A stretch of 63,838 bases of DNA, filler included, from Octopus bimaculoides (taxonomy: Eukaryota): NCBI RefSeq assembly GCF_001194135.2. It is 6 parts of 6 records of this genome, joined end to end, with 100 filler letters (N's around TTAATTAATTAA, not from the genome) between each part and the next. Parts side by side here need not be neighbours in the genome. Positions count along the whole stretch, not along the records: positions 30,803 to 54,152 come from NC_068991.1; 5 more parts are not named here. One strand, given 5' to 3'. Made by a program: the position numbers and the translations under genes. Positions 38,334 to 52,168 of this stretch are shown here, piece after piece (within the stretch, counting starts at the first letter, position 1; the number at the start of each line of letters is the position of its first letter). The notes under the pieces were generated by a model. It did not search any database and was not told where the DNA came from. It was given only the letters and a program-made list of their open reading frames with translations.

Positions 38334-38650
38334 NNNNNNNNNNNNNNNNNNNNNNNNNNNNNNNNNNNNNNNNNNNNNNNNNNNNNNNNNNNNNNNNNNN
38401 NNNNNNNNNNNNNNNNNNNNNNNNNNNNNNNNNNNNNNNNNNNNNNNNNNNNNNNNNNNNNNNNNNNNNNNNNNNNNNNNNNNNNNNNNNNNNNNNNNNN
38501 NNNNNNNNNNNNNNNNNNNNNNNNNNNNNNNNNNNNNNNNNNNNNNNNNNNNNNNNNNNNNNNNNNNNNNNNNNNNNNNNNTATATATATATAAGCATGT
38601 CTGTTTATATGTATACATACATATATACATATGATACATACACACACACA

Positions 38651-38693
<43 letters not shown>

Positions 38694-38924
38694 GTATGTA
38701 TGTATGCATGTATGTATGTTCGTTGAATTTGGTTCATTTGAAGTAGACGTCGCCAAAATTTAGTACCAAATGCGCGAAACAGAGAATTAAGCTTTTCTTT
38801 AAGAGATCTCATAGCCGTTGTTTTGCATACATACACACACGCACACTCATATACACACACTCTCATGCGCCCGCGCACACACACACACATACACACACAC
38901 ATATATGTGTATGTGCCTGCGTGT

Positions 38925-39060
38925 ATGTGCGTGGCTTGGTGGAAAGAATATTCACTCATGGTCGTGAGTTCGATACCCGTGGGAGCGTTGTGTTCTTGTG
39001 CAAGACACTTTATTCCACGTTGCTCTTGTGCACTCGGCTACAAATTAGTAACCCTTCGTC
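38925..39060 (+). mobile_element. tRNA-derived SINE (degenerate, third family)
   Basis: GTGGCTTGGTGG (A-box-like), GAGTTCGATACC (B-box-like), CTTGTGCAAGACACTTTA. Confidence 0.5.
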
Positions 39061-39289
39061 GGACTAGCATTCTCATCCGGTGGAATATTGCATTTTATCC
39101 CACCGTTGGTCAATTTACTATATTCAGTTCAATAGACTACAGTTGCTTCAACACATCATCTCTTTATGTGTAGGCACAAATCGTATTAGACAATAGAAAT
39201 TTATATGGAGGCAAGGGGTCATCGACTAACCGGGGTACGGAGGAAGCAGAGATGACGACAACAGGACTGTTTTGCTTATTTTGTAGAAT

Positions 39290-40380
39290 TTGAGCTTCGG
39301 GGTTTGTTTGATGAAGTCATTAAATCGTTCTGTATGATGTTTTATGTCGTTCAAGTCTCACGACCACGGAAGCAGTGTGGAAAGCACAACAACCTGACAC
39401 CAAAACTTTTGTTGCAACCCTTCATCTGTCCTATATATTACATGCGATACACAGAATATATTTCCCTAATGTCCATGAATCCTATATGCGACACATTTCC
39501 CAGTTTTTTTGAACCACCAGAGTAACTTGGAACTTATGAAAGAAAAGTTTTAACTTGCTGGGGCAGCTTTGTTGCCGACAAACAGCAGCTCACAGGACAT
39601 GATTATATGTGTATTGTACTTTGTTTTAAGATGATATAGGTTGAAAAGTCCTTCATTGTATATATGAAACAAGGGCTAACTAACAGTCTGAAATCATGCA
39701 TGAGCATTTAGGATAAACTTATGAAAATGTTTTGAAGCAAAGGGGTTCAGTTTTAGATAACTGTTGTAGAAGGCATGATGTGAGGCGTGCCCAAAGGTTT
39801 TATGGACAGCTTGCAATTGATTGGTTATATACTCTTTTTAGAAAGAAAATTTGGGTAAGATGCTGCCGAAAGAGAAAAGAAGGTAACTTCGACAAGTTCA
39901 CCATGGATAGTAATTTAAGAGAGGTTTTCCTTGTTCTGATCGAAGAATTGAAGAAGACTAATCGTCTTCGAGATGCTGACAGCGAAGTCAAACATTTCAT
40001 AAGTGTAAACAAATGCATCGGAAAGGATTTGTAGATCGAATTTGATTTAGGATTCTGCAGCTTTCTCGCCGGCAAACAGCAGCTCGCAAGTCATGGTCAT
40101 ACGTGTACTGTATTTTGGTCTAAGATAACATAAATTAAAAAGTCCTCCATCGTACATATATTGCATGGTTAATCGAGGTTTGGATTCACTGCTGATTTTC
40201 ATCAGTACTGTAGTCATATATATATATTGAAACAAAAAAAGCAAGTGAAAATATACAACTTTGTTTAACACTACTGTTGATACCAAAATAAGAAATAAAT
40301 AAGCATAACACTGTCATGATATTATGGACAGAAAGGACTGCGTCCTGGATCAAATATAGACCGAAACAAGGTACCAAATG
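39290..40380 (-). mobile_element. RTE-clade LINE RT fragments (two overlapping-domain copies in tandem)
   Basis: SSVKQSCIFS, DGGLFNLCYLRPK...CELLFAGEKAA, DLQILSDAF...VSISKT, then a second EGLFNLYHLKTK...CELLFVGNKAA and VVVLSTLL...ERFNDF. Matches RTE GVKQGC / DGxLFNLRRL / ELLFADD motifs. Confidence 0.8.
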
Positions 40381-40425
40381 CCTACAGTACTAGCAGGTAC
40401 TTGCTACCTTCAACCAGTCGGACTC

Positions 40426-40997
40426 TGTAATCAGTGGAAGTTCCACTTTAGTGTTCTATAGAGGTCTAATGATAAGCACGAGTCACGACATTGTCTGACT
40501 CACTCTAGGATTCGACGAGAATCAACTGGCTTGTCTGTTCTTGTTGTGTCGACGCTCCCAGGGGAAGAAGTAGGATCTCCCAAGACATATAAATAGAGGT
40601 AGTTTGGCCGTGGTAGGTGTGTTGAGTAGCAGTCGAGTAGCAGTTGTGTAGCGGTTGAGTAGAGGTCATCCGAAGGTGCTAGATAGCAGTAGCGTTGAGA
40701 CATAACAGTTCTGGAGAACTTTCAGGCAGGCATTAAAAGATAATTTCCAGAAACTTCTAGCCTATCAGTTCTACCGGGATGGAGGCAGCATTTCGGTCCC
40801 AGTTAAGAAATAGTGTCAGCTGGGTCTACCCGAGATGCGCGCAGAGAAACGAAACTGTTCTGCAAGCACTTGTCCAATGCCCGAGTATTGCTCACTTGTG
40901 CAATTAATTATGCCGGACACCAGATGTCGCGAGCAGTACGGTCCCGACTAACAGCTACGTCGTTTGAGAAGACTGTCCCACCGCCTTCCTTTTTTTC
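40426..40997 (-). mobile_element. Possible 3' LTR with polypurine tract
   Basis: Minus strand GAAAAAAAGGAAGGCGG (PPT-like, 40997-40981) directly followed by TG, then about 555 bp ending ATTACA (40426), with a TATTTATA box near 40590. GC-richer than the flanks. No TSD, PBS or second LTR found. Confidence 0.35.
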
Positions 40998-41444
40998 CGG
41001 GAAAGGTTGTGTGATCGACGAGGCTGAAAGAACTGAAGACAGGACACCTTTCTCTTTAGCCTAGCCCTCATCAGTTTCTTCTTTTTTTTTCAATTTTTAC
41101 TTGAAAAGTAAAATGAGGGGAGAAAGAGAAGTGTTGCCTTCTAGCATATCTATTGGAAATTGAGTGAGAGTGACGAACTTCACTCAGTCACAAGTCAGCA
41201 ACATGTTGACCTCAGAAAATGCTTGAATAATGCTGACATCAAATATTTTCCATGAAATAGTCGTTAGTAGATATTGCAAATAAATTTTCCCTAAAGTGCG
41301 TGCGTGTATTTTGTGTATGTATACGTACTTATGTGTGTATGTGTGTACATGCGTGCGTGAGTGTGTGTGTGCATGTGTACGTATACGTTGTTTATGTATA
41401 TAGTCGTTCATACACGTATATGCATATACATGAATATATATATA

Positions 41445-41495
<51 letters not shown>

Positions 41496-41864
41496 NNNNN
41501 NNNNNNNNNNNNNNNNNNNNNNNNNNNNNNNNNNNNNNNNNNNNNNNNNNNNNNNNNNNNNNNNNNATATATGCATGTGTATATATGTATATATATAAAA
41601 CAATACGTGTTTGACGGTATATATCTGTGCATGCTGCGTGCGTCTCTACTTATAGTGTGCTTTGTTTGTGTTTATGTGTGTATGCGTTTATGTGTATATG
41701 TATGTGCGTGTATGTGTGTTTGTGTTTTTGTGTGTATATGTGTGTGCATGCATGTGTGTGTGTGTGTGTGCACGCCCGTGTAAGCATGACTGTTGGGATT
41801 TCACATTCACTGCTCAAACGTCATTTCAAACAGTTTTTCTTTTATAGTTCTCAGCTAATATTTA

Positions 41865-41965
<101 letters not shown>

Positions 41966-42065
41966 CATTTCGTTCCTGTCAAAAACAAGAAACCAATCGT
42001 GGAAATATTTTTATACATCATCAAAGTAAAAAGATCTTCCATACAGGAAACTACTACTGTCACTG

Positions 42066-42127
<62 letters not shown>

Positions 42128-42143
42128 GCTACTACTGCTACTC

Positions 42144-42222
<79 letters not shown>

Positions 42223-42260
42223 TAATAATAATAATAATAATAATNNNNNNNNNNTAATGA

Positions 42261-43090
<830 letters not shown>

Positions 43091-43415
43091 TTGTCGATAA
43101 TAATAATAATGTGCTTCTAATGTGACGGGCAAAACAATAAATTCATAATGAATCAACAAAACAAATGGCATATTATAAATACCACAAACAAAATGTAAAT
43201 AAATAATAACCAATAGGACAATGACAACGACAACAACAGCAACAATAACAATATTATCAAACATCTAACAATTAAAACTATATATATAATTGTATATGGT
43301 GTCAGAAATATCCTGGTCATACTGCCGTCGTCGTGTTGTTGCAACTCGACAAAAACAATCCAATACAGATCCGGTATCGACTCATTTAATTCCGGTTATG
43401 TATATATAGATATAG

Positions 43416-43467
<52 letters not shown>

Positions 43468-43665
43468 ATAAATAGAGAAAATCATAAAGAGAACAATGGT
43501 GTTCTCTTTATCCTTTTCTCTATTTATACATACACACGCTAATACACGACCTATGTTATAATCCCCACTCTTGTTTATACAACGAATGGTGCAAAACTCG
43601 TCGGTATACAGCACTTACTCGGTATTACCTGTATCTTTGGGTTTGGTTGAATCCAATACCCTTCT

Positions 43666-43696
<31 letters not shown>

Positions 43697-43713
43697 ACAT
43701 ACATATGCATATG

Positions 43714-44100
43714 AGGCGCAGGAGTGGCTGTGTGGTTAGTAGCCTTCTTACCAACCACATGGTTCCGGCTTCAGTTCCATTGCGTGGCACCTTGAGCATG
43801 TGTCTTCTACTATAAACTCGGGCCGACCAAAGACTTGTGAGTGGATTTGGTAAACAGAAACTGAAAGAAGTCCGTCGTATACGTGTGCATGTGTGTGTAT
43901 GTGGGGGTACGTGTGTGTGTGTACGTGTGTGTGTCTCAATAAATTTGGTGCATTTATTTCCCCATAACCTAGAGATTGGGCAAAGGAGATCGATAAAATC
44001 AGTGCCAGGCTTTGCAGAAAAATAAGTACTGGGGTTGAGGTCGAGTAAAATTCTTCATGGTAGTGCCCCAGTGGGATTACAGTCTAATGAGTGAAACAAC
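43714..44100 (+). mobile_element. tRNA-derived SINE related to family A (different 3' half)
   Basis: AGGCGCAGGAGTGGCTGTGTGG...GGCACCTTGAGCATGTGTCTTC...GAAACTGAAAGAAG, ending CAGTCTAATGAGTGAAACAAC. Confidence 0.75.
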
Positions 44101-44529
44101 AATATATATATGTACATATATATNNNNNNNNNNNNNNNNNNNNNNNNNNNNNNNNNNNNNNNNNNNNNNNNNNNNNNNNNNNNNNNNNNNNNNNNNNNNN
44201 NNNNNNNNNNNNNNNNNNNNNNNNNNNNNNNNNNNNNNNNNNNNNNNNNNNNNNNNNNNNNNNNNNNNNNNNNNNNNNNNNNNNNNNNNNNNNNNNNNNN
44301 NNNNNNNNNNNNNNNNNNNNNNNNNNNNNNNNNNNNNNNNNNNNNNNNNNNNNNNNNNNNNNNNNNNNNNNNNNNNNNNNNNNNNNNNNNNNNNNNNNNN
44401 NNNNNNNNNNNNNNNNNNNNNNNNNNNNNNNNNNNNNNNNNNNNNNNNNNNNNNNNNNNNNNNNNNNNNNNNNNNNNNNNNNNNNNNNNNNNNNNNNNNN
44501 NNNNNNNNNNNNNNNNNNNNNNNNNNATA

Positions 44530-44560
<31 letters not shown>

Positions 44561-45129
44561 TGTAAAATATAATTGCCAACCAAATGTGGCGGTTCCATAC
44601 AGGACGATTCGACTGTTGTTTGTAGCCCCGTCATTTACTCTCAGTAGTATCGATCTTAGCAGGGCTATTATAAAAAATATCACATAGATTATAATCCTAT
44701 CAAAGAAGTGCTTTTGTTCGAAATATCAGCAAAAGAGATGAAAAACTGGCCAACGACTTCGTACATATATATATGCATACATACATGCAATACATACATT
44801 CAGACATTCATTCATAGACATACATTCATATATACATGCATACATACATACACGCAGTCATAAATACATATATATGTATATGCATGCATACATACATGCA
44901 TACTTACATGCAATTATAACTACATACATAAATACATTCATGAATGCATAGTCATAAATACATACAAACATACGTACATGCATACATACATACATACGTA
45001 CATGAATGCACTCATGCATGCGTACATACATGCATACATATATACATATACACATGCATACATGCATACATACACACATACATACATACATACATACATA
45101 CATACATACATACATACATACATGAGGGT

Positions 45130-45400
45130 TGCCTCTCGATTTCGACCAATGTCATCGCTTCTCTTAACTGTTAGCAACACGGATGTGACTTTTCCCTCAC
45201 GCTCAGGGCCTTCACTTTATTTTTCTTTGCACAGATGTGGCACCGATAACCAACTTCTGCTGCAGATGTTCGGAGAGTCATCCAACTGGCTGGCACATGT
45301 CTTCATTTCTTCCTGGATTTTTCATGGAGTGTTTTGCTTTCATTGGCCAATCAGAGTAAACAACATAATCGAGATCATAGAAACCAAGTGAAGCTTGAGC
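45130..45400 (-). mobile_element. mariner-like transposase N-terminal relic
   Basis: Minus frame NTP*KIQEEMKTCASQLDDSPNICSRSW...EGPEREGK resembles mariner TPxxIxxEM...DDSPSxSTVxxW...EDxxRxGRP. Confidence 0.4.
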
Positions 45401-45497
45401 CTAAAACATTTTAAAGTGAGGAAGGGCCTTGCACAGGACCAAGCCCACTCTGTAAACAATCTATGTGTTTTCTCATAAAGTTTTCTTTCTCCTAGAG

Positions 45498-46237
45498 CAG
45501 GAGTTCTCAACTGATGTCCAGATAGACCCTGGGGCGTCCATATAACACTTATGGGGGTTCGCGGATGCAATATAATAAGTTGAGGGTCTACAGTAATTTT
45601 TCAGGGGCCATGAAAAAATTGTGCTTCTGACCAGTAAAGTTTATATGCAGAAAGTTGGTTATATTTACTCTTTTACTCTGTTACTCTTTTACTTGTTTCA
45701 GTCATTTGACTGCGGCCATGCTGGAGCACCGCCTTTAGTCGAGAAAATCGACCCCAGGACTTATTCTATGTAAGCCTAGTACTTATTCTATCGGTCTTCT
45801 TTGCCGAACTGCTAAGTTACAGGGATGTAAACACACCAGCATCGGTTGTCAAGCGATGGTGGGGGGACAAACACAGACACACAAACACACACAAATATAT
45901 ATATATATATACACATATATACGACGGGCTTCTTTCAGTTTCCGTCTACCAAATCCACTCACAAGGCTTTGGTCGGCCCGAGACTATAGTAGAAGACACT
46001 TGCCCAAGGTGCCACGCAGTAGGACTGAACCCGGAACCATGTGGTTGGTAAGCAAGCTACTTACCACACAGCCAATCCTGCGCCTATATTTCCACAAACA
46101 ATTTTTATACACGTTTTAATGATATTTAATTATAAAAATGCAATAGGACCTTTTAAATAGCGAATGGCTATGGGGGTCCACCCATGTAATAAAGGAACCA
46201 AAGAGGCTGATAAGTAAAAAATCGTTGAGAACCCCTG
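45498..46237. mobile_element. hAT (Charlie-type) MITE interrupted by a SINE
   Basis: TIRs CAGGAGTTCTCAAC / GTTGAGAACCCCTG. TSD TCCTAGAG (45490-45497) / TCCTAGGA (46238-46245). Confidence 0.75.
45667..46085 (-). mobile_element. tRNA-derived SINE, family A, full length with TSD
   Basis: Flanked by an ATATTT duplication (45661-45666 / 46086-46091); tRNA-like head at the right end. Confidence 0.9.
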
Positions 46238-46864
46238 TCCTAGGAAGATGTCTAAACAAAGACGCTGGGTCTCTTCCTCCCCCACCCTCGCCCTGGCTGT
46301 TCACTCATCCACCCTTTGATAGGCTTTTTATCTCATCATTTAGAATTTCTAGCAAAGACACTTTCCTTTACCCAGATTGCTACGATTGCCGGTTTAGACG
46401 CCGGCAGGTGGTACTAGGTTACATGTTACCAGTACCAGGAAGGGTGGCCTGACATGCATAGATAGTTATATACAGTCAAACATATATACATGCATACATA
46501 CACATCCATACATATTTACGTGCACATGGAAATACATGCAAGCTTACATACGTAACACAAACGTATGCACGTGCCTAAATACTGCATTCATATTTACATA
46601 TATACTTATATACACGACTACATGCATACATTTATCCACGCATGATTACATACATGATGATGATGATGATGATGACTGTCCACTCGTGCGTAAAACTAAT
46701 GCCTGCACACATTTATAAAACATGCTTACAAACATGCATACATATATTCTCACATAGAGACATACACATATATATGTACATACATGCATGCACATATACA
46801 TACTTATATACATACATACATACATACATACATACATACATTGGGGCCCTAGAATATGTAACAC

Positions 46865-47050
46865 ACTGTCCCCCAACTTCACTTGACAACCGATGCTGGT
46901 GTGTGAATTAGCGGTTCGGCAAAATACACCGATAGAATACGTACTAGTCTTACAAAGAATTAGTCCAGGGGTCGATTTGCTCGACTAAAGGCGGTGCTGC
47001 AGCATGGCCACAGTCAAATGACTGAAACAAGTAAAAGAATAAAAGAATAT
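46865..47050 (+). mobile_element. Family-A SINE 3' half
   Basis: TTGACAACCGATGCTGGTGT...GGGGTCGATTTGCTCGACTAAAGGCGGTGCTGCAGCATGGCC...GACTGAAACAAGTAAAAG. Confidence 0.8.
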
Positions 47051-48409
47051 ATATATAATCCTCTAATTCCTTATGTACTTTGTACTTCTATATGTAAACC
47101 ATGTTGGCAAAATAACATAGTCTGCCATGGACACCTGTGCTTTGGTTCTTTCTTTCTTTTTCTTTTCTTCCTCCCTTTGTCACTTTTGCTATGAATTAAA
47201 TTAATGAATTCAACGGGATACACCGTCTGCAAGTAGTTGGGTTCAGCATATTATCCTCCATTTTCTAAATTGTTACACAAATTTTGGGTANNNNNNNNNN
47301 NNNNNNNNNNNNNNNNNNNNNNNNNNNNNNNNNNNNNNNNNNNNNNNNNNNNNNNNNNNNNNNNNNNNNNNNNNNNNNNNNNNNNNNNNNNNNNNNNNNN
47401 NNNNNNNNNNNNNNNNNNNNNNNNNNNNNNNNNNNNNNNNNNNNNNNNNNNNNNNNNNNNNNNNNNNNNNNNNNNNNNNNNNNNNNNNNNNNNNNNNNNN
47501 NNNNNNNNNNNNNNNNNNNNNNNNNNNNNNNNNNNNNNNNNNNNNNNNNNNNNNNNNNNNNNNNNNNNNNNNNNNNNNNNNNNNNNNNNNNNNNNNNNNN
47601 NNNNNNNNNNNNNNNNNNNNNNNNNNNNNNNNNNNNNNNNNNNNNNNNNNNNNNNNNNNNNNNNNNNNNNNNNNNNNNNNNNNNNNNNNNNNNNNNNNNN
47701 NNNNNNNNNNNNNNNNNNNNNNNNNNNNNNNNNNNNNNNNNNNNNNNNNNNNNNNNNNNNNNNNNNNNNNNNNNNNNNNNNNNNNNNNNNNNNNNNNNNN
47801 NNNNNNNNNNNNNNNNNNNNNNNNNNNNNNNNNNNNNNNNNNNNNNNNNNNNNNNNNNNNNNNNNNNNNNNNNNNNNNNNNNNNNNNNNNNNNNNNNNNN
47901 NNNNNNNNNNNNNNNNNNNNNNNNNNNNNNNNNNNNNNNNNNNNNNNNNNNNNNNNNNNNNNNNNNNNNNNNNNNNNNNNNNNNNNNNNNNNNNNNNNNN
48001 NNNNNNNNNNNNNNNNNNNNNNNNNNNNNNNNNNNNNNNNNNNNNNNNNNNNNNNNNNNNNNNNNNNNNNNNNNNNNNNNNNNNNNNNNNNNNNNNNNNN
48101 NNNNNNNNNNNNNNNNNNNNNNNNNNNNNNNNNNNNNNNNNNNNNNNNNNNNNNNNNNNNNNNNNNNNNNNNNNNNNNNNNNNNNNNNNNNNNNNNNNNN
48201 NNNNNNNCGCACACACACACACACACACGCACACGTAAGAATAAATTCAAACATTCTTGCCAATGCATCACCAGGGCATACCAGCAAATATCCTTACGTA
48301 ATCATTGTCAGGGCATACGAGCAAATGGATTTTTTTGCACTATTTGTAAATAGTCATGGACTAGCCATTCAGTTCACCTCCAATTCTGTTCATGTACGTG
48401 ATTTTGAGA

Positions 48410-50142
48410 TATAATACATGCCATGACAAAACTAAAGCTATCCACATTAGAAGAGGAATATTCCAAGGAGACTCGCTCTTTCCATTCTTTTTCTGCTTGG
48501 CACTGACGCCTTCAGCTGACACGCTTCATTAGAACTGGATGTGAATGTAACTGCTACGATAAACAATCAATCATCTCTTCTATATGGGTGACCTAAAACT
48601 GTATGCTGCAAATGATAAACAACTAGAAACATTACTATAGACAATGAAGAGGTTTACCAAAGAAATAAGCATGAAATTCGGCTTAGAAAAATGTGCCAAA
48701 GCAACCTCGAAAGGATGTTAAGAGTAACAATATCACTCTAGATAAGAAAATGAAATAAGAGAATTAGACCAAAGTCACACATACAAATACTCAAGAATCA
48801 GTGAACTAGATATGGTACAATACACACAAATGAAAGAGAAGATTACGAAGGAATACTACAGGCGCGTTAGATTAATATTTAAAACAGAGCCCGATGCGAA
48901 ATACAAGATAATATGTATCAACACTCTAGCGGTCCCAGTTATAAGTTAGAGTTACAATATTTTTAATTGGACATTAAATGAACTAATCAAACTAGATAGG
49001 AAAACAAGAAAAGCAATGACGGAATTTAGAATACATCACCCAAAATCTGAGACAAAAAGGTTTTACATACAACGAATTGAAGGTAGTAGAGGCCTTATAC
49101 AACTAGAAAACTACAATAAAATAACCACCATAGGATTATAAAAATATCTAATTCAGCAAAAGGAAAATAGCTACAAAACACGAGTGAAACAAAAAAATTG
49201 TCTTCTGTCTTTAAGAAAGGCGAAAAATACAAGAAAGAAATCATAGCACTTGACAACTATGAAGAAAAAGAGGAAGCAACTAAAGCTGTAAAACAACTGG
49301 AACTACAAAATACCATGATACAACGATGGCAAGAAAAGCCCTTACATGGCAAATCCTGGGATAAGCTAAGTAGAAAAAATAGACCAAGTAAAATCCCAAC
49401 AATTGTTCAGAAGCTCGAGACTCGAAGCAAAGAGGGAAGGATTTTTAAATGCAAGCATCTCCACCAGAAACACATAATGAAGAAAAATGCAAGAAACTAC
49501 AGAATATGTGGTGCTGGTAAGGAAATAATAAATCATATTGTCTCCGGCTGCCCAGTCTTGACTGAGGAGAAATATATCCACAGACATGAGAGTTGGAACC
49601 TAAATACACTAAGGAATGATAACAGAATAAAAAATGGTATAGGCATGCCCCAGAAAAGGTCTCAGAAAATGACAAAGCAACCATAGTTTTGGATATGCCA
49701 ATACATACAGATAAGAGAAATCAAGATAAAATACCGGATATAGTTGTCAGGGAACACCAGGAGAAAAATGCTTTCTAATCAACAGATGACAATGTATCTT
49801 TAAAGAAACAGAGAAACTTTCAAAACAGAAAGAACTGGAAATAGAGATAACACGAATTTGAAACCTAAAACCAGAAACAATCTCTATAATAATAGGTGCA
49901 GTAGGTATGATTAAAAGACATTCAGACAAATACATAACCAAAAACACCAGGAATTGCGAATGTATATAACATACAGAAAATATCACTACTAGGCACCGCA
50001 CACATGCAACGCAAAACACTTTCAATACAGTAAAAATAAGAGCATCCCAACAAACCACAGAACATACACGAAACAAACAGATCTGCGCTCGGTGGTGCAG
50101 TGAATGCACGTGATAAAAATAAGATTACTGAATAATAATGAT
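48410..50142 (+). mobile_element. 5'-truncated, inactivated R4/Dong-clade non-LTR retrotransposon (RT, CCHC-like motif, REL endonuclease, 3' UTR)
   Basis: IRRGIFQGDSLFP, NHLFYMGDLKLYA (YMDD mutated to YMGD), KFGLEKCAK, HHPKS, RWQEKPLHG, YRICGAGKEIINHIVSGCPVL, PDIVVR, SLLGTAHMQRKTLSIQ*; ends GAATAATAATGATA. Many frameshifts. Confidence 0.9.
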
Positions 50143-50650
50143 ATCGATGGTAGAAAGACAATGATAGGCAAAGAGATTGAGAGTTAAAGATGTACGAGTA
50201 TAATGACATGCATAAACATATTAATACACACACATAAACACACACATATATATATGTATGTATACATACATACATTCGTACGTACATACATACATACATA
50301 TATACATACATACATACATACATATATATATGCATATATATACAAAGACACATGCATATATATACATAAATACATGCTTATATATACATAAACACATAAA
50401 AGCGAGTGCGGAATACACACATATAAAGATGTATATATACATACATCCATAAAAATATGCATATATATACATACATACNNNNNNNNNNNNNNNNNNNNNN
50501 NNNNNNNNNNNNNNNNNNNNNNNNNNNNNNNNNNNNNNNNNNNNNNNNNNNNNNNNNNNNNNNNNNNNNNNNNNNNNNNNNNNNNNNNNNNNNNNNNNNN
50601 NNNNNNNNNNNNNNNNNNNNNNNNNNNNNNNNNNNNNNNNNNNNNNNNNN

Positions 50651-50727
<77 letters not shown>

Positions 50728-51457
50728 ATGTATGTATGTATATATATATAAACATGAAAGCAAGTGCGAGACGGAGGGAACACGGTCTATCCGTTGATTA
50801 GTGTACAGTGAAGATACGTTCAAACCTGAAGTATTAAAGACAATTATTCTGTCAGGTGTGAATCAGGTGTGACTCATGTTTACAATAAGGACACATGTCC
50901 TTAATCGTGCATCAATAGTAGAGGGTTTGGTGGGGGAGGAAGAAGTTTGGTTTGGGAGGGAGCAGGCGGACGGTGGAACGAAGAAATCATGCACTACGAG
51001 TAAGGATCTAGACAAGGGCTTTTAGTTGTTAATGTCGACGATGATAGGTAGGTAGGTAGGTAGGTAAGTAGGTAGGTAGGTAGGTAGGTAGGTAGGTAGG
51101 TAGATAGGCAGGTAGGTAGGTAGGTAGGTAGGTAGATAGATGGGTAGGTAGGTAGGAAAAAGGTGATACTGACCACGATTGTGGCGGTGGCGGTGGTGGC
51201 GGTGGTGGTGGTGGTGGTGATAACGATCNNNNNNNNNNNNNNNNNNNNNNNNNNNNNNNNNNNNNNNNNNNNNNNNNNNNNNNNNNNNNNNNNNNNNNNN
51301 NNNNNNNNNNNNNNNNNNNNNNNNNNNNNNNNNNNNNNNNNNNNNNNNNNNNNNNNNNNNNNNNNNNNNNNNNNNNNNNNNNNNNNNNNNNNNNNNNNNN
51401 NNNNNNNNNNNNNNNNNNNNNNNNNNNNNNNNNCTGAGTCAAGACATTTTAGCAATG

Positions 51458-51518
<61 letters not shown>

Positions 51519-51568
51519 TGATGATGATAATAATAATAATGATGATAATAATAATGTTGATGATGATG

Positions 51569-51626
<58 letters not shown>

Positions 51627-51907
51627 AAATAATAATACGAAAAATTAGATATGTGTATATATGCATATATGTGCGTGTGATGCGTGTATGTGTGTGGGGG
51701 GGAATGTATATACATGTATATATACATAAACATATACACGTACAAATATGTACATTATATACACACACACGCGCGCATATATATAATATATATATATACA
51801 CATATATATCTATCTATCTCTATATATATATATATATTTATATATATATAGAGAGAGAGAGAGTTATTAATATTTCTAAGTCTCTCTAAAGGAGACTACG
51901 GCAGCGA

Positions 51908-51952
<45 letters not shown>

Positions 51953-52104
51953 NNNNNNNNNNNNNNNNNNNNNNNNNNNNNNNNNNNNNNNNNNNNNNNN
52001 NNNNNNNNNNNNNNNNNNNNNNNNNNNNNNNNNNNNNNNNNNNNNNNNNNNNNNNNNNNNNNNNNNNNNNNNNNNNNNNNNNNNNNNNNNNNNNNNNNNN
52101 NNNN

Positions 52105-52168
<64 letters not shown>

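Noticed and set aside
41040-41080. CTGATGA...GAAA...GTC on the minus strand
   Set aside because: Stems I, II and III cannot pair.
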